Assembly: GCA_041667205.1 (NCBI GenBank)
Contig: JBAYFL010000001.1
Location: forward strand, 258,439 to 322,438
Origin: Verrucomicrobiia bacterium
GTDB taxonomy: Bacteria > Verrucomicrobiota > Verrucomicrobiia > CAIQCK01
Direction of reading: 5' to 3'
Length of the DNA: 64,000 nucleotides
A program made the translations under genes and the position numbers. Below the pieces are notes generated by a model. It had not been told where the DNA came from. It ran no database searches and worked only from the letters and a program-made list of their open reading frames with translations. Shown in pieces: positions 1 to 8,241 of this stretch (position 1 is the stretch's first letter; each line of letters starts with the position of its first letter).

Positions 1-2144
1 GCGTTCGCCTGCTTGCAAAGGAAAAGCAGACAAGTGTATGTGGTCGCGTCGAAAACCTGTTCCGCCCCGAAATCAACGATCTCGGCCACGCCTTCTTGCT
101 CGCTCAACAAGCTGCGCAAGCCTTCGCCGTAGTCGGTCTTGAAAAATTTATTCGGCACGATCTTTCCCAAACAGCCGCCTTGCTTCAGCAAACTGAACGA
201 TCGCTCGACAAAGCTAACGTAAAGGTCGCAGTTCTTAACGGCTGACCGGTAGTGTTTGCTGAAGTAGTCTATCTGCTCCGGCGGGAAACCCTGAATCCTC
301 ACGTAAGGCGGGTTGCCGATGACGGCGTCGAAGCCGCCGTTTTTCATGATGGCGGGAAACTCGGCGTTCCAATCGAAGACGTTGATGCGCATCCGCTCTT
401 CCTCGCCGAGCAGGGTCATCTGCTGGTTGGCGTAGAAATCGGGGCCGATGAGGCTGTTGCCGCACTTGATGTTGTCGCCGAGGTCGGGCAGGGCGCGCTG
501 GTGGAACATCTGGAGTTGGCGGGAGATGGTCTGCTCGTTCTCGCCTTCGAGGACTTTGAGGAGCAGCGAGAGCTTGGTGGTTTCGACGGCCTGGGCGTCA
601 ATGTCCACGCCATAGATGTTGTTGAGGAGGATGCGCTTGCGCTCGTCGCTGGTGAGTTTCCATTCGCCGCCGGCGGATTGGTAGAGGGGGAGTTTGTTCA
701 CCACGGAAGACACTGAAGACACGGAAGGTTGTTTATCCGTGTGTTCTGTGTGTTCCGTGGTTTCTTTTCCTGTCGCGCGCTGCATTTCCGCCACGTAGTA
801 ATCGCGATGCCAGTCGAGGAGGTATTGGTAAGCGCCGATGAGGAACGAGCCGGAACCGCAGGCCGGATCGAGGATGCGGAGCTTGGCGGCCTGGCGCGGG
901 GTGAGAGTCTTGTAGGCCGGGTCCCCCGACCCGGCGTCTGTGGCGGGCACGTCAGCGGATTCGCCGCGTGAGGGCACGCGGCCTACACCCAGCAATTTCC
1001 CCACTGTGTTCTTGACGATGTAGTCCACGATGTAAGCGGGGGTGTAATAGACGCCGCCGGCTTTTTTGACCTCGGGCTTTTCCTCGACCTTGGCCTGATG
1101 GCCTTCGGTGAGGCGGATGACTTTGCCGAGGAACTGTTCATAGACCTGGCCGAGCACTTCGGCGGGCAGGACGCTAAAGGCGTAGGGGCTTTTCGGATAG
1201 TAGAGGTTCTCGATGATCTCCTTGAGCGGCTTGTCATCGAGGGCAAGCGAGAGCGTGAGCGCGTCGGGGGCTTCAGGGCGCTCCTTCTCGGTGGTGAAGT
1301 GGAAGAGGCCGGAGTTGTAGCGTTCGTCGGCGCGCTGGAAGAGTTCGCAGAGGCGTGGATAGATTTGCGCGCCGTTAAGGAGGGCCTGGAGTCGGCCGTA
1401 GTGCTCGATGCCGCGGCCTTCGCAGATGCGCAGGAAGATGACGCGGTCAATGGTGCGGGTGACGGCGAAGTTCAGCTCGCGCTGGGTGAGCTGCGGGTTG
1501 CGCAGGGCGAGGTTGCGGGCGAGCAGCTCGCGCCAGGACTCGATTTCCTTCAGGAACTCGTCGTCAACGTCGGCGGTGCCTTTCTTGACCTTGTTGGACT
1601 CGGCGAACTTGTCGAACTGGCCCTTGAGGACGGCGTCCTTGGAGAAGATGGCGGCGATGTCGTCCCAGCGTTGGGCGTAGTCCTCGAAACCGATGTAGAG
1701 CACGCGGCCGGTGGAAGGCTTGTCGGTGGGCGCGGGCCGCACGCGGCAGTCATAGACAGCGAACTCCTCGAAGTCGGTGAGCACGCTCATCGGCAGCTTG
1801 GTGGTCCAGGCGTAGCGACGGAGCTGGTAGGCGGGGGCGATGTCGTCCTTGAGGCTGACGGAGGGGCGCTTGGCTTCGAGGAAGAACTTGCGCGCGCCGC
1901 CGACGCGGAAGCAGTAGTCGGGCGCCTTGGTGGCCTCGCCGATCTTGATGGCGTCTTCGTGGATGACGTCCTTGTAGGTTTCGGAGTGACCGGCCTTGTT
2001 GTCCATGTCCCAGCCGAGGGCCAGGAAGAACGGGTTGATGAATTCGAGCCGGCACTGCGTTTCGTTGTAGGTGGCGGAGCGGTAGGCGTCGTGGTTGTTT
2101 TGGAAACGCTCCACCAGTTCCTGGATCGCAGCGGGAATTGCCAT
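1..2144 (-). CDS. Type IIG restriction-modification enzyme (fused PD-ExK endonuclease and N6-adenine DNA methyltransferase, MmeI/Eco57I-like), with its 3' end beyond the window edge
   Basis: A continuous minus-strand reading frame runs from ATG 2144 to position 1 with no stop; it is missing from the track because it is open-ended. The translation starts MAIPAAIQELVERFQNNHDAYR. The N-terminus carries a D...EAK (PD-ExK-like) motif (PDYCFRVGGARKFFLEAKRP). SAM-binding motif I is DPACGSGSFL. Catalytic motif IV is GNPPYV (NPPY, the N6-adenine MTase signature). Confidence 0.75.
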   Translation of the reverse strand, partial: MAIPAAIQELVERFQNNHDAYRSATYNETQCRLEFINPFFLALGWDMDNKAGHSETYKDVIHEDAIKIGEATKAPDYCFRVGGARKFFLEAKRPSVSLKDDIAPAYQLRRYAWTTKLPMSVLTDFEEFAVYDCRVRPAPTDKPSTGRVLYIGFEDYAQRWDDIAAIFSKDAVLKGQFDKFAESNKVKKGTADVDDEFLKEIESWRELLARNLALRNPQLTQRELNFAVTRTIDRVIFLRICEGRGIEHYGRLQALLNGAQIYPRLCELFQRADERYNSGLFHFTTEKERPEAPDALTLSLALDDKPLKEIIENLYYPKSPYAFSVLPAEVLGQVYEQFLGKVIRLTEGHQAKVEEKPEVKKAGGVYYTPAYIVDYIVKNTVGKLLGVGRVPSRGESADVPATDAGSGDPAYKTLTPRQAAKLRILDPACGSGSFLIGAYQYLLDWHRDYYVAEMQRATGKETTEHTEHTDKQPSVSSVSSVVNKLPLYQSAGGEWKLTSDERKRILLNNIYGVDIDAQAVETTKLSLLLKVLEGENEQTISRQLQMFHQRALPDLGDNIKCGNSLIGPDFYANQQMTLLGEEERMRINVFDWNAEFPAIMKNGGFDAVIGNPPYVRIQGFPPEQIDYFSKHYRSAVKNCDLYVSFVERSFSLLKQGGCLGKIVPNKFFKTDYGEGLRSLLSEQEGVAEIVDFGAEQVFDATTYTCLLFLCKQAN

Positions 2145-2219
2145 GCTGCTGTTGTAAGGGAAGCGGCGGGAAAACTCAAGCGGCAGGCGGGGGGCAGAGG
2201 CCAGAGGCCAGAGAACAGA

Positions 2220-2340
2220 AATCAGAGGTCAGAGGTCAGAGGTCAGGGAGTAGAGGTCAGGGAGTAGAGGTCAGGGAGTAGAGGTCAGGGAGTAGAGGTC
2301 AGGGAGTAGAGGTCAGGGAGTAGAGGTCAGGGAGTAGAGA
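2220..2340. repeat. Tandem repeat array: 3 copies of cagaggt, then about 7 copies of the 14-bp unit cagggagtagaggt, about 80-180 bp upstream of the Type IIG R-M start codon
   Basis: Read directly: atcagaggtcagaggtcagaggtcagggagtagaggtcagggagtagaggtcagggag... repeated perfectly through about 2339. Confidence 0.85.
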
Positions 2341-2594
2341 GATTTTGGCCTTCCGGTTCGTTTGACGGATCGGCTAGGGGCAAAGTGATTTTGCCTTGTC
2401 CTCTCTGAATCTGAGCCTATTATTCGCGCTTGTCGCCAGCACGCCAACAGGGCGGTGTCTGTCCCTTCGGGGATTCCACGGCTTCGCCCTTACCCTCCTT
2501 GAGTGTGCTGGCGGCGTTTTTTCATGATGTCGCCAGCCGCAGGCATGAAGTTGGGCTTGCCGTTTGCGCAAGCCCAATGCTAAGCATCAAAGCC

Positions 2595-3002
2595 ATGGCT
2601 CTTATTGTCTGGGACGACAGCATCAAGACCGGTTTGTGGACGGTTGACACGCAACACGAGCGTTGGGTGGGTCTCATCAACGATCTGCACGAGGCGATGT
2701 TGGCCGGCAAGGGCAAAATCATTTTGGGGCAAACGTTTGCCGGGATGACTGACTATACACGCACCCATTTTGCCGACGAAGAAAAGCTCATGTCCGCGCA
2801 CGGGTATCCCAGGTATGCCGAACACAAAGCCCTCCATGATGTCTGCGTCGCCCGGGTGCTCGACTTGCAGCGGAAAGCGCAGGCCGGCGAAACCGGGGTT
2901 ACCATCGAAGTGATGAATTACCTGAAAAACTGGTTGATCAACCACATCAAGGTTACTGACCAGGATTTCGTGCCGTATCTGAAAAGCAAGGGTGTCCTGT
3001 GA
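2595..3002 (+). CDS. Bacteriohemerythrin
   Basis: MALIVWDDSIKTGLWTVDTQHERWVGL...THFADEEKLM...YPRYAEHKALHDV...NWLINHIKVTDQDF carries the hemerythrin His/Glu/Asp iron-ligand pattern. The internal ATG at 2595 is preferred over the track start at 2430, because the N-terminal extension is Ala/Pro/Ser-rich low-complexity sequence. Confidence 0.8.
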   Translation: MALIVWDDSIKTGLWTVDTQHERWVGLINDLHEAMLAGKGKIILGQTFAGMTDYTRTHFADEEKLMSAHGYPRYAEHKALHDVCVARVLDLQRKAQAGETGVTIEVMNYLKNWLINHIKVTDQDFVPYLKSKGVL

Positions 3003-3159
3003 TTCCAGCGGGCGGCTGGAAGATGGAAGGCAGGCGTTGGCAGTTGGGAAAACACCTTGTTGGATGTCACGCACAACCGCTTCTTGCAGCTACCGCCGCG
3101 CCGCCCCGACCGCGCAGCCGGGGCATGACAACGATTCTGGATCGCGACCGCGAGCCGGC

Positions 3160-3648
3160 TCAGGACTTCTTGTCGCCGATTCGCACCAGCGCGTAGATAA
3201 TCGCCGTCGGGATTCCCGCCACCAGCGCCAGGGCGACAAAGATGCCGTGCCCATCGCCGCGTTTACGGATGTCCGTGAAAATCCAGACCGCGAGCAGGAT
3301 GTTGACGGTCGCCGCCAGCGCCAGCAGGCTCACCAGAAGCCATGGGCAACACCTGACCGGGCACTTCGGCCCTATTGGCGGCTGCACCGCCTTCGGTTGC
3401 GCCGGCAAAAGTGGACATGCCGCGCAGGGTGCTACCGCAGGATTCCCGCCCGGGCGATGCAGTCCGGGAGCCAGGCGTTGTTGGATCGCCTTCTCCTGGC
3501 GTTCGGCCATTTCAGTGATGCGCCGCTCCAGCCGGTTCAGACGATCATCAAGTCCAGCACGCTCGCGATCCTGAGCCAGAACGGGTGTTGATATCAGCCC
3601 GGCTGCCAGTATTGCCGGGCACAACCACAAGAACATTTTCTTCGTCAT
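3160..3648 (-). CDS. Small membrane protein: signal/TM segment, coiled coil, Cys-rich linker, and a C-terminal PLDc_N-like two-TM domain
   Basis: MTKKMFLWLCPAILAAGLISTPVLA is preceded by a GGAGG RBS. The C-terminus AVWIFTDIRKRGDGHGIFVALALVAGIPTAIIYALVRIGDKK resembles the PLDc_N (cardiolipin synthase N-terminal) small-membrane-domain pattern. Start chosen at 3648 rather than the track start at 3786. Confidence 0.45.
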   Translation of the reverse strand: MTKKMFLWLCPAILAAGLISTPVLAQDRERAGLDDRLNRLERRITEMAERQEKAIQQRLAPGLHRPGGNPAVAPCAACPLLPAQPKAVQPPIGPKCPVRCCPWLLVSLLALAATVNILLAVWIFTDIRKRGDGHGIFVALALVAGIPTAIIYALVRIGDKKS

Positions 3649-3819
3649 AAAACCTCCGAATCTGACTGAATTATACATTCTCTCTCCGGCCGCGTCGAGC
3701 GCGTCGTCCGGCAAACTCTCAACGGTCAGACGGCAGTTGGGAGAGAGTTCAGAGACTGGTGTTTGCCCGATCCAATCGGGTATCATCCACGGCCAAACCT
3801 AAAAAACAGGAGATATTGG

Positions 3820-4320
3820 ATGAAGAGTGTTGAAAACTTGAAGGAAGCGTTTGCTGGGGAGAGCCAGGCCAACCGCCGTTATCTTGCGTTCGCGAAGAAG
3901 GCGGATGCGGACGGATATCCGCAAGTGGCGCGGTTGTTCCGGGCGGCGGCCGCAGCAGAAACGGTGCATGCGCACGCCCATCTTCGCGCGATGAACGGCG
4001 TGGGCAGCACGACGGAGAACCTGCAGGCAGCGGTTGCGGGGGAAGCCCATGAATTCCAGAAGATGTATCCGGAGTTTGTGCAGAACGCGGCAGCCGAGTC
4101 CAATCAAGCGGCCCTGAGGTCGTTCAAGAACGCGATGGCCGTCGAGGAGGTTCATCACAAGCTCTACTCCGAAGCGGCAGCGGCGGTGCAGAACGGCAAG
4201 GACCTGCCAGCGGCAGCGATCCATGTGTGTGAAACCTGCGGTCACACCGTTGTCGGAGAAGCGCCCGACAAGTGCCCGGTTTGCGGCGCGCCCAAGGCGA
4301 AATTCACGGAAGTGAAGTAG
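3820..4320 (+). CDS. rbr: Rubrerythrin (ferritin-like diiron domain plus C-terminal rubredoxin-like CxxC...CxxC)
   Basis: MKSVENLKEAFAGESQANRRYLAFAKKAD...E..H...C-terminal HVCETCGHTVVGEAPDKCPVCGAPKAKF. RBS GGAGAT upstream of ATG 3820. Confidence 0.85.
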   Translation: MKSVENLKEAFAGESQANRRYLAFAKKADADGYPQVARLFRAAAAAETVHAHAHLRAMNGVGSTTENLQAAVAGEAHEFQKMYPEFVQNAAAESNQAALRSFKNAMAVEEVHHKLYSEAAAAVQNGKDLPAAAIHVCETCGHTVVGEAPDKCPVCGAPKAKFTEVK

Positions 4321-4440
4321 AGACGGCGGGAGGCGATTGGGAGTGGGATGGTGGAAAGAGGTCGGAAGTCAGAAGTCAGAGGGACGCAGAGCGCAGAACT
4401 GCAGCCGATGTCCCAAGCTTTCGGGAAAGCGGACGGTCGC

Positions 4441-4728
4441 TCAGGAAAGCTTGCGGCGCTTTTCCTTCTTTGACTCGCACTCCTCGCGCAGTTTCTGACG
4501 CTCGCTGAATAGCGTCTGCTCCAGCTTCTCGACCTTCTCGAAGTCCTCGGCGGCGCGGGCGGCGGCGATCTTGTCGCCAAAGGAAAGCTCCAGGTCGGCG
4601 ATCTTCGCCTTATAGATGGAGTCAATCTCTGCGAGCTGCTTTTTCTGCTCGCCGGTCAGCTTGCGCTCCGGGCCGAGCGATTTGCCGAGCCGCTCCATTG
4701 CGAGGTCGTAAGAGGATTTCAGGGCCAT
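4441..4728 (-). CDS. Hypothetical small coiled-coil protein (95 aa)
   Basis: The ORF has a Lys/Glu-rich heptad-like sequence (…KKQLAEIDSIYKAKIADLELSFGDKIAAARAAEDFEKVEKLEQ…). Codon usage is consistent with neighbours. No family recognised. Confidence 0.4.
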   Translation of the reverse strand: MALKSSYDLAMERLGKSLGPERKLTGEQKKQLAEIDSIYKAKIADLELSFGDKIAAARAAEDFEKVEKLEQTLFSERQKLREECESKKEKRRKLS

Positions 4729-4758
4729 GAGAGTCTCCGGTTGCGCGCGCCGCGCCGA

Positions 4759-5946
4759 TCAGTCCGATTTTTCCGCCATGCGCTCGCGGCGTTCGATGAG
4801 CCATGCGCCCCAGACGCTGAGTTCGTAGAGCGCGCAGAGGACGACGGCCATGACGAGCTGGGTGAAGACCTCCGGCGTCGTCAGCAACGCGCCGGCCACG
4901 AGCGCAAACACAATCCAGAAGCGGCGGCCCTTTTTCAAACCCTCGTGGCTGAGGACGCCCATCTTCACCAGCGACAGCAGCACCACCGGCGTCTCGAACG
5001 CCAGCCCCATGCCGAGCATGAAACCGGTGACGAAGGAGACGTATTCGCCAACGCGCCAGAACGTGACGTCCACGTGCATCCACCGCGCCCAGGCGATGCT
5101 GACGGCCAGCGCCCGCGGCATGATCCAGAAAAAGCAGAAGCCCGCGCCGACGAAGAACAATCCGCCGCCGATGGTGAACGCCGGCCAGATGTAGCGCTTC
5201 TCGCGCCGCGTCAGCGCCGGCAGGATGAACTGGCCGATGTAGTAGAGGATGAACGGCAGCGCCAAAAGCGTGCCGGTATAGACGGCGAGCTTGATGGAGA
5301 AGATGAAGACTTCGCCGGGGCCGATGGTGTTGAGGAATTTGCCCGGCTCGAAATCGTTCGGTTCCTTGAGCTTCGCCAGTTCGGACGGGAAGGCCTCCTC
5401 CAAGAGCAAGCGGTTGAGCCGGACGAGGTCCTTGCCGCCGGGTTTTTGTTGCAGCCACTCCAACGCCTCATCGGTCAGCTTGATGTTCGCGAAACGTTCC
5501 GGCGTGTAGAGGCACTCGCTCTCTGTGATTCTGTTGAGGTCATCCACCAGAGCCGACCGCAGCGGCTTGGCTGAAAGCTTGGCGGGATCATACGCCTGCA
5601 ATTGCTTCTTCGTGTCGGCGGAGAAATGTTCCGAGAGATGGCGCGAGATGGCGTCGGGCGGGTTCTTCAGCTTGGCGGCCAGGTCGCCGGCGTGCCGCAG
5701 GTCGCGGGTGGCAAACGGGACCGGTTCCCGAAGGACCTCGCCGACCCCATGCAGCGGCCACTCCAGCGCGCTCATGATCAATGGCAGGCCGTAGAACGCC
5801 ACCGAGATGGTGATGAACAGCGCCGCCAACGATTTCAGCAGAGTCCAACGCAGGTCTTCGAGGTGGTCCAGAAACGGTTTGGTTTCCAGCTCTCCCTCTT
5901 CGTCCAACTCCTGATCGGGCGGCGGCGTGTCGGATGGCTCGGCCAT
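4759..5946 (-). CDS. tatC: Twin-arginine translocase subunit TatC, enlarged to 395 aa by a long insertion after TM1
   Basis: The N-terminus FLDHLEDLRWTLLKSLAALFI matches the TatC HLxELRxRL start. There are multiple TM segments. About 150 extra residues lie between the first and second TM helices. Confidence 0.8.
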   Translation of the reverse strand: MAEPSDTPPPDQELDEEGELETKPFLDHLEDLRWTLLKSLAALFITISVAFYGLPLIMSALEWPLHGVGEVLREPVPFATRDLRHAGDLAAKLKNPPDAISRHLSEHFSADTKKQLQAYDPAKLSAKPLRSALVDDLNRITESECLYTPERFANIKLTDEALEWLQQKPGGKDLVRLNRLLLEEAFPSELAKLKEPNDFEPGKFLNTIGPGEVFIFSIKLAVYTGTLLALPFILYYIGQFILPALTRREKRYIWPAFTIGGGLFFVGAGFCFFWIMPRALAVSIAWARWMHVDVTFWRVGEYVSFVTGFMLGMGLAFETPVVLLSLVKMGVLSHEGLKKGRRFWIVFALVAGALLTTPEVFTQLVMAVVLCALYELSVWGAWLIERRERMAEKSD

Positions 5947-5994
5947 GGCAGGTCTTGCCTATTGCCCCGCGCTCAGTGGCGCGAGGCGCGCGTC

Positions 5995-6267
5995 TTACGC
6001 GCTCGGCGGTTCCGGTTTCTGCGATTCGGAAGAGGCCGACTTCGGCGGTTCGGGCGGCGTGGGGCGGGAAATCTCGTCCGGGGCGTTGGCCGCCTTCGTG
6101 ACTTCGTCCTGGATGTCGCGCGTGGCTTTCTTGAATTCCTTGATGCCCTGGCCCAGACCCTTGGCCAGATCGGGCAGCTTTTTCGCGCCGAACATCAGCA
6201 GCACCACCAGCAAGATGAGGATGATCTGTCCCATCCCGAGGTCCCAAACTCCCAGTATTACGTTCAT
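5995..6267 (-). CDS. tatA: Sec-independent translocase TatA/E
   Basis: [47 protein letters not shown] matches the TatA TM-plus-amphipathic-helix signature. It lies immediately upstream of tatC. Confidence 0.8.
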   Translation of the reverse strand: MNVILGVWDLGMGQIILILLVVLLMFGAKKLPDLAKGLGQGIKEFKKATRDIQDEVTKAANAPDEISRPTPPEPPKSASSESQKPEPPSA

Positions 6268-6403
6268 GTCTCTTCTCCGTTCCTAAGATTCACCGAAGGT
6301 TAAGACCGTTGTGGTCAAATGTAAAACTCCAACTCCGCCGGACAAAACGGCCCGGACACGCGCGTCATCCGGGCCGTTCCGAATTGAAAACCAGCCGTCG
6401 CGA

Positions 6404-6955
6404 TTACTGGCCGGTGATGATGAACTCGGCGCGGCGGTTTTTCGCCCACGCTTCTTCGCCGTGACCGAGATCAGCCGGCTTTTCCTTGCCATAGCTGATG
6501 GTCTGCAGCTTGTTGCCGTCCACGCCGACGCTGGCCAGATACTCGCGGCACGCCTGCCCACGCCGCTCGCCCAACGAACGGTTATATTCGGCCGTGCCGC
6601 GCTCGTCGCAGTGGCCCTCGATGGTGATGATCTGGTTCGGGTTCTCGCGCATGTAGGCGGCCATGTCGTCGAGCTTCGGGCGCTCGCTAGGATTAACGAC
6701 GGAGCTGTCGAACGCGAAATGCACGGTGTCAGCGGCGAGACGCGGCGGCTGGTTGCGCTGGGTCGGGTCTCCGCTGCGCGGTGGCATGATGCCGGTGTCC
6801 ATTGACGGTGCCACGGCGACGGGGCCGAGGCCTTCCAAACCGCCGGGTCCGGGTCCGGGAGTGGCATGAGTCTTCTTCTTGCAGCCGACCATGCCGGCGC
6901 TGAAAACGACGGCGAGGCTGAGAACGCTAATCTTTGTCAACAATCTGGTGTTCAT
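6404..6955 (-). CDS. pal: Peptidoglycan-associated lipoprotein Pal (OmpA-family C-terminal domain)
   Basis: The lipobox is LAVVFSAGMVGC. The OmpA-like domain is TVHFAFDSS...ITIEGHCDERGTAEYNRSLGERRGQA...NRRAEFI. It is the last gene of the tol cluster. Confidence 0.8.
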   Translation of the reverse strand: MNTRLLTKISVLSLAVVFSAGMVGCKKKTHATPGPGPGGLEGLGPVAVAPSMDTGIMPPRSGDPTQRNQPPRLAADTVHFAFDSSVVNPSERPKLDDMAAYMRENPNQIITIEGHCDERGTAEYNRSLGERRGQACREYLASVGVDGNKLQTISYGKEKPADLGHGEEAWAKNRRAEFIITGQ

Positions 6956-7005
6956 CTTTTCTCCTTAACGATCCAATATGTTTTCCACAATGCCAAATCC
7001 GAAAC

Positions 7006-8223
7006 TCAACGCGACCACGCGGGCGCAGTGCAATCGCCCAAGACGCGCAAATTCGGGTTGAGTTCTATCGTCCGGCCCGTAAAGGCGTCAAGGATATAAA
7101 GCGACGACCGGTGGTTGACCGTCCGCGCGTAAACGATGTGCCGTCCATCCGGCGCCCAGCACGGGTCTTCGTTGTCCGCGGCGTCCTGCGTCAGCAGCAG
7201 TTCCTCGCCCGTGCGCGACTTCAGGCCAAACACCTGGAACTGCCGGCCGGCGCGCGCGGAGAAACAAATGTCCGGCACTTCCGCCGACACCGACCAGCTC
7301 GCCCAGTCCGGTTCGGTCTTGTAACCGCCGAACGTGACGCGCCTCGCCTCGCCGCCGGAGGCCGGGATCATGTAGAGCTGCGGCTGGCCCGCGCGGTCGC
7401 TGACGAAACAGATTTGCGAACCGTCCGGCGACCAGCACGGCGATGATTCCGCCTGCCGCGTGCGGCTCAGCCGCGTCAACGCGCTGCTGGCCAGGTCCAT
7501 CACGTAGAGTTCAGGATTGCCGTCCTTGCTGAGGATGACGGCGAGCCGCCGGCCGTCAGGCGAGATCGAGCCGCCGGTGTTCAGGCCGGGATAATAGGCC
7601 ACGCGGCGCGGCGCGGGCGCGGCGACGTCGGCCATGATGTAAACGTCCGGCCAGCCGCTGCGGTAGCTGGTATAAACGAGCGTGCGGCGGTTCGGGCCAA
7701 AGCGCGGCCGCACGGTGAGCGTGTGGTCGTTGGTGAGGCGCTTCACGTTCGCGCCGTCGTAGTCCATCACGTAAATCTCCTTGCTGCCTGTGCCGTTGGC
7801 GACGCACGCGATTTTGGTTTGCGCAATGCCGGGTTTGCCGGCGATGTTGCGCACGATCTCGTCGGCCATCTGGTGCGCCACGCTGCGCGGGTTGGAGCCA
7901 TCGCCCGCGCAAACTTTTTGCAGCACCGGCGTCGAGCCGCCGCGGCTGAAGACCGCCCCGTTGAGAGTGCCGCCCGACATGCTGCCACGCACAATCACTT
8001 CCGCATTGGCCGCCGCGACGTAGTTGAACCAATCCGAGCGCACCAGATCGCTGGCGAGCACTGCCGCGACTTGCTGCGCGTTGGCGTCACCGCCGAACGA
8101 CTCGACGGCGATGTTGATCTTCGGCGCCGAACCCTTGCTGATAACAATCCGCGCCGGCGTCGCCGCCATGACAGCGCCCGCGACTCCGCACAAAACCAAG
8201 ACACTCCACATACGATATTTCAT
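7006..8223 (-). CDS. tolB: Tol-Pal system beta-propeller protein TolB
   Basis: A signal peptide is followed by the TolB N-domain and repeated SPDG/WSPDG beta-propeller motifs (ISPDGRRLA, WSPDGSQICFVSDRAG, WAPDGRHIVY). Confidence 0.85.
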   Translation of the reverse strand: MKYRMWSVLVLCGVAGAVMAATPARIVISKGSAPKINIAVESFGGDANAQQVAAVLASDLVRSDWFNYVAAANAEVIVRGSMSGGTLNGAVFSRGGSTPVLQKVCAGDGSNPRSVAHQMADEIVRNIAGKPGIAQTKIACVANGTGSKEIYVMDYDGANVKRLTNDHTLTVRPRFGPNRRTLVYTSYRSGWPDVYIMADVAAPAPRRVAYYPGLNTGGSISPDGRRLAVILSKDGNPELYVMDLASSALTRLSRTRQAESSPCWSPDGSQICFVSDRAGQPQLYMIPASGGEARRVTFGGYKTEPDWASWSVSAEVPDICFSARAGRQFQVFGLKSRTGEELLLTQDAADNEDPCWAPDGRHIVYARTVNHRSSLYILDAFTGRTIELNPNLRVLGDCTAPAWSR

Positions 8224-8241
8224 TAATGACTCCTTAAAAAA

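Noticed and set aside
1098-2267. 389-aa plus-strand ORF, together with the other plus and minus ORFs across 235-2267
   Set aside because: They are antisense to the continuous, motif-bearing Type IIG R-M frame. Their translations are Gly/Ala/Glu/Val-rich or Arg/Pro/Ser-rich, as expected from high-GC third positions on the opposite strand.
3649-3786. Track start of ORF 3160-3786 (MIPDWIGQTPVSELSP…)
   Set aside because: The upstream 46 residues have no RBS and overlap the rubrerythrin promoter region. The MTKKMFL start with GGAGG 7 nt upstream is preferred.
4622-5946. ORFs 4622-5458 (-), 4741-5574 (+), 5588-6247 (-) and 5602-6303 (+) overlapping tatC and tatA
   Set aside because: The TatC and TatA frames carry the conserved motifs. 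These are shadow ORFs with Arg/Gly/Pro-rich low-complexity translations.
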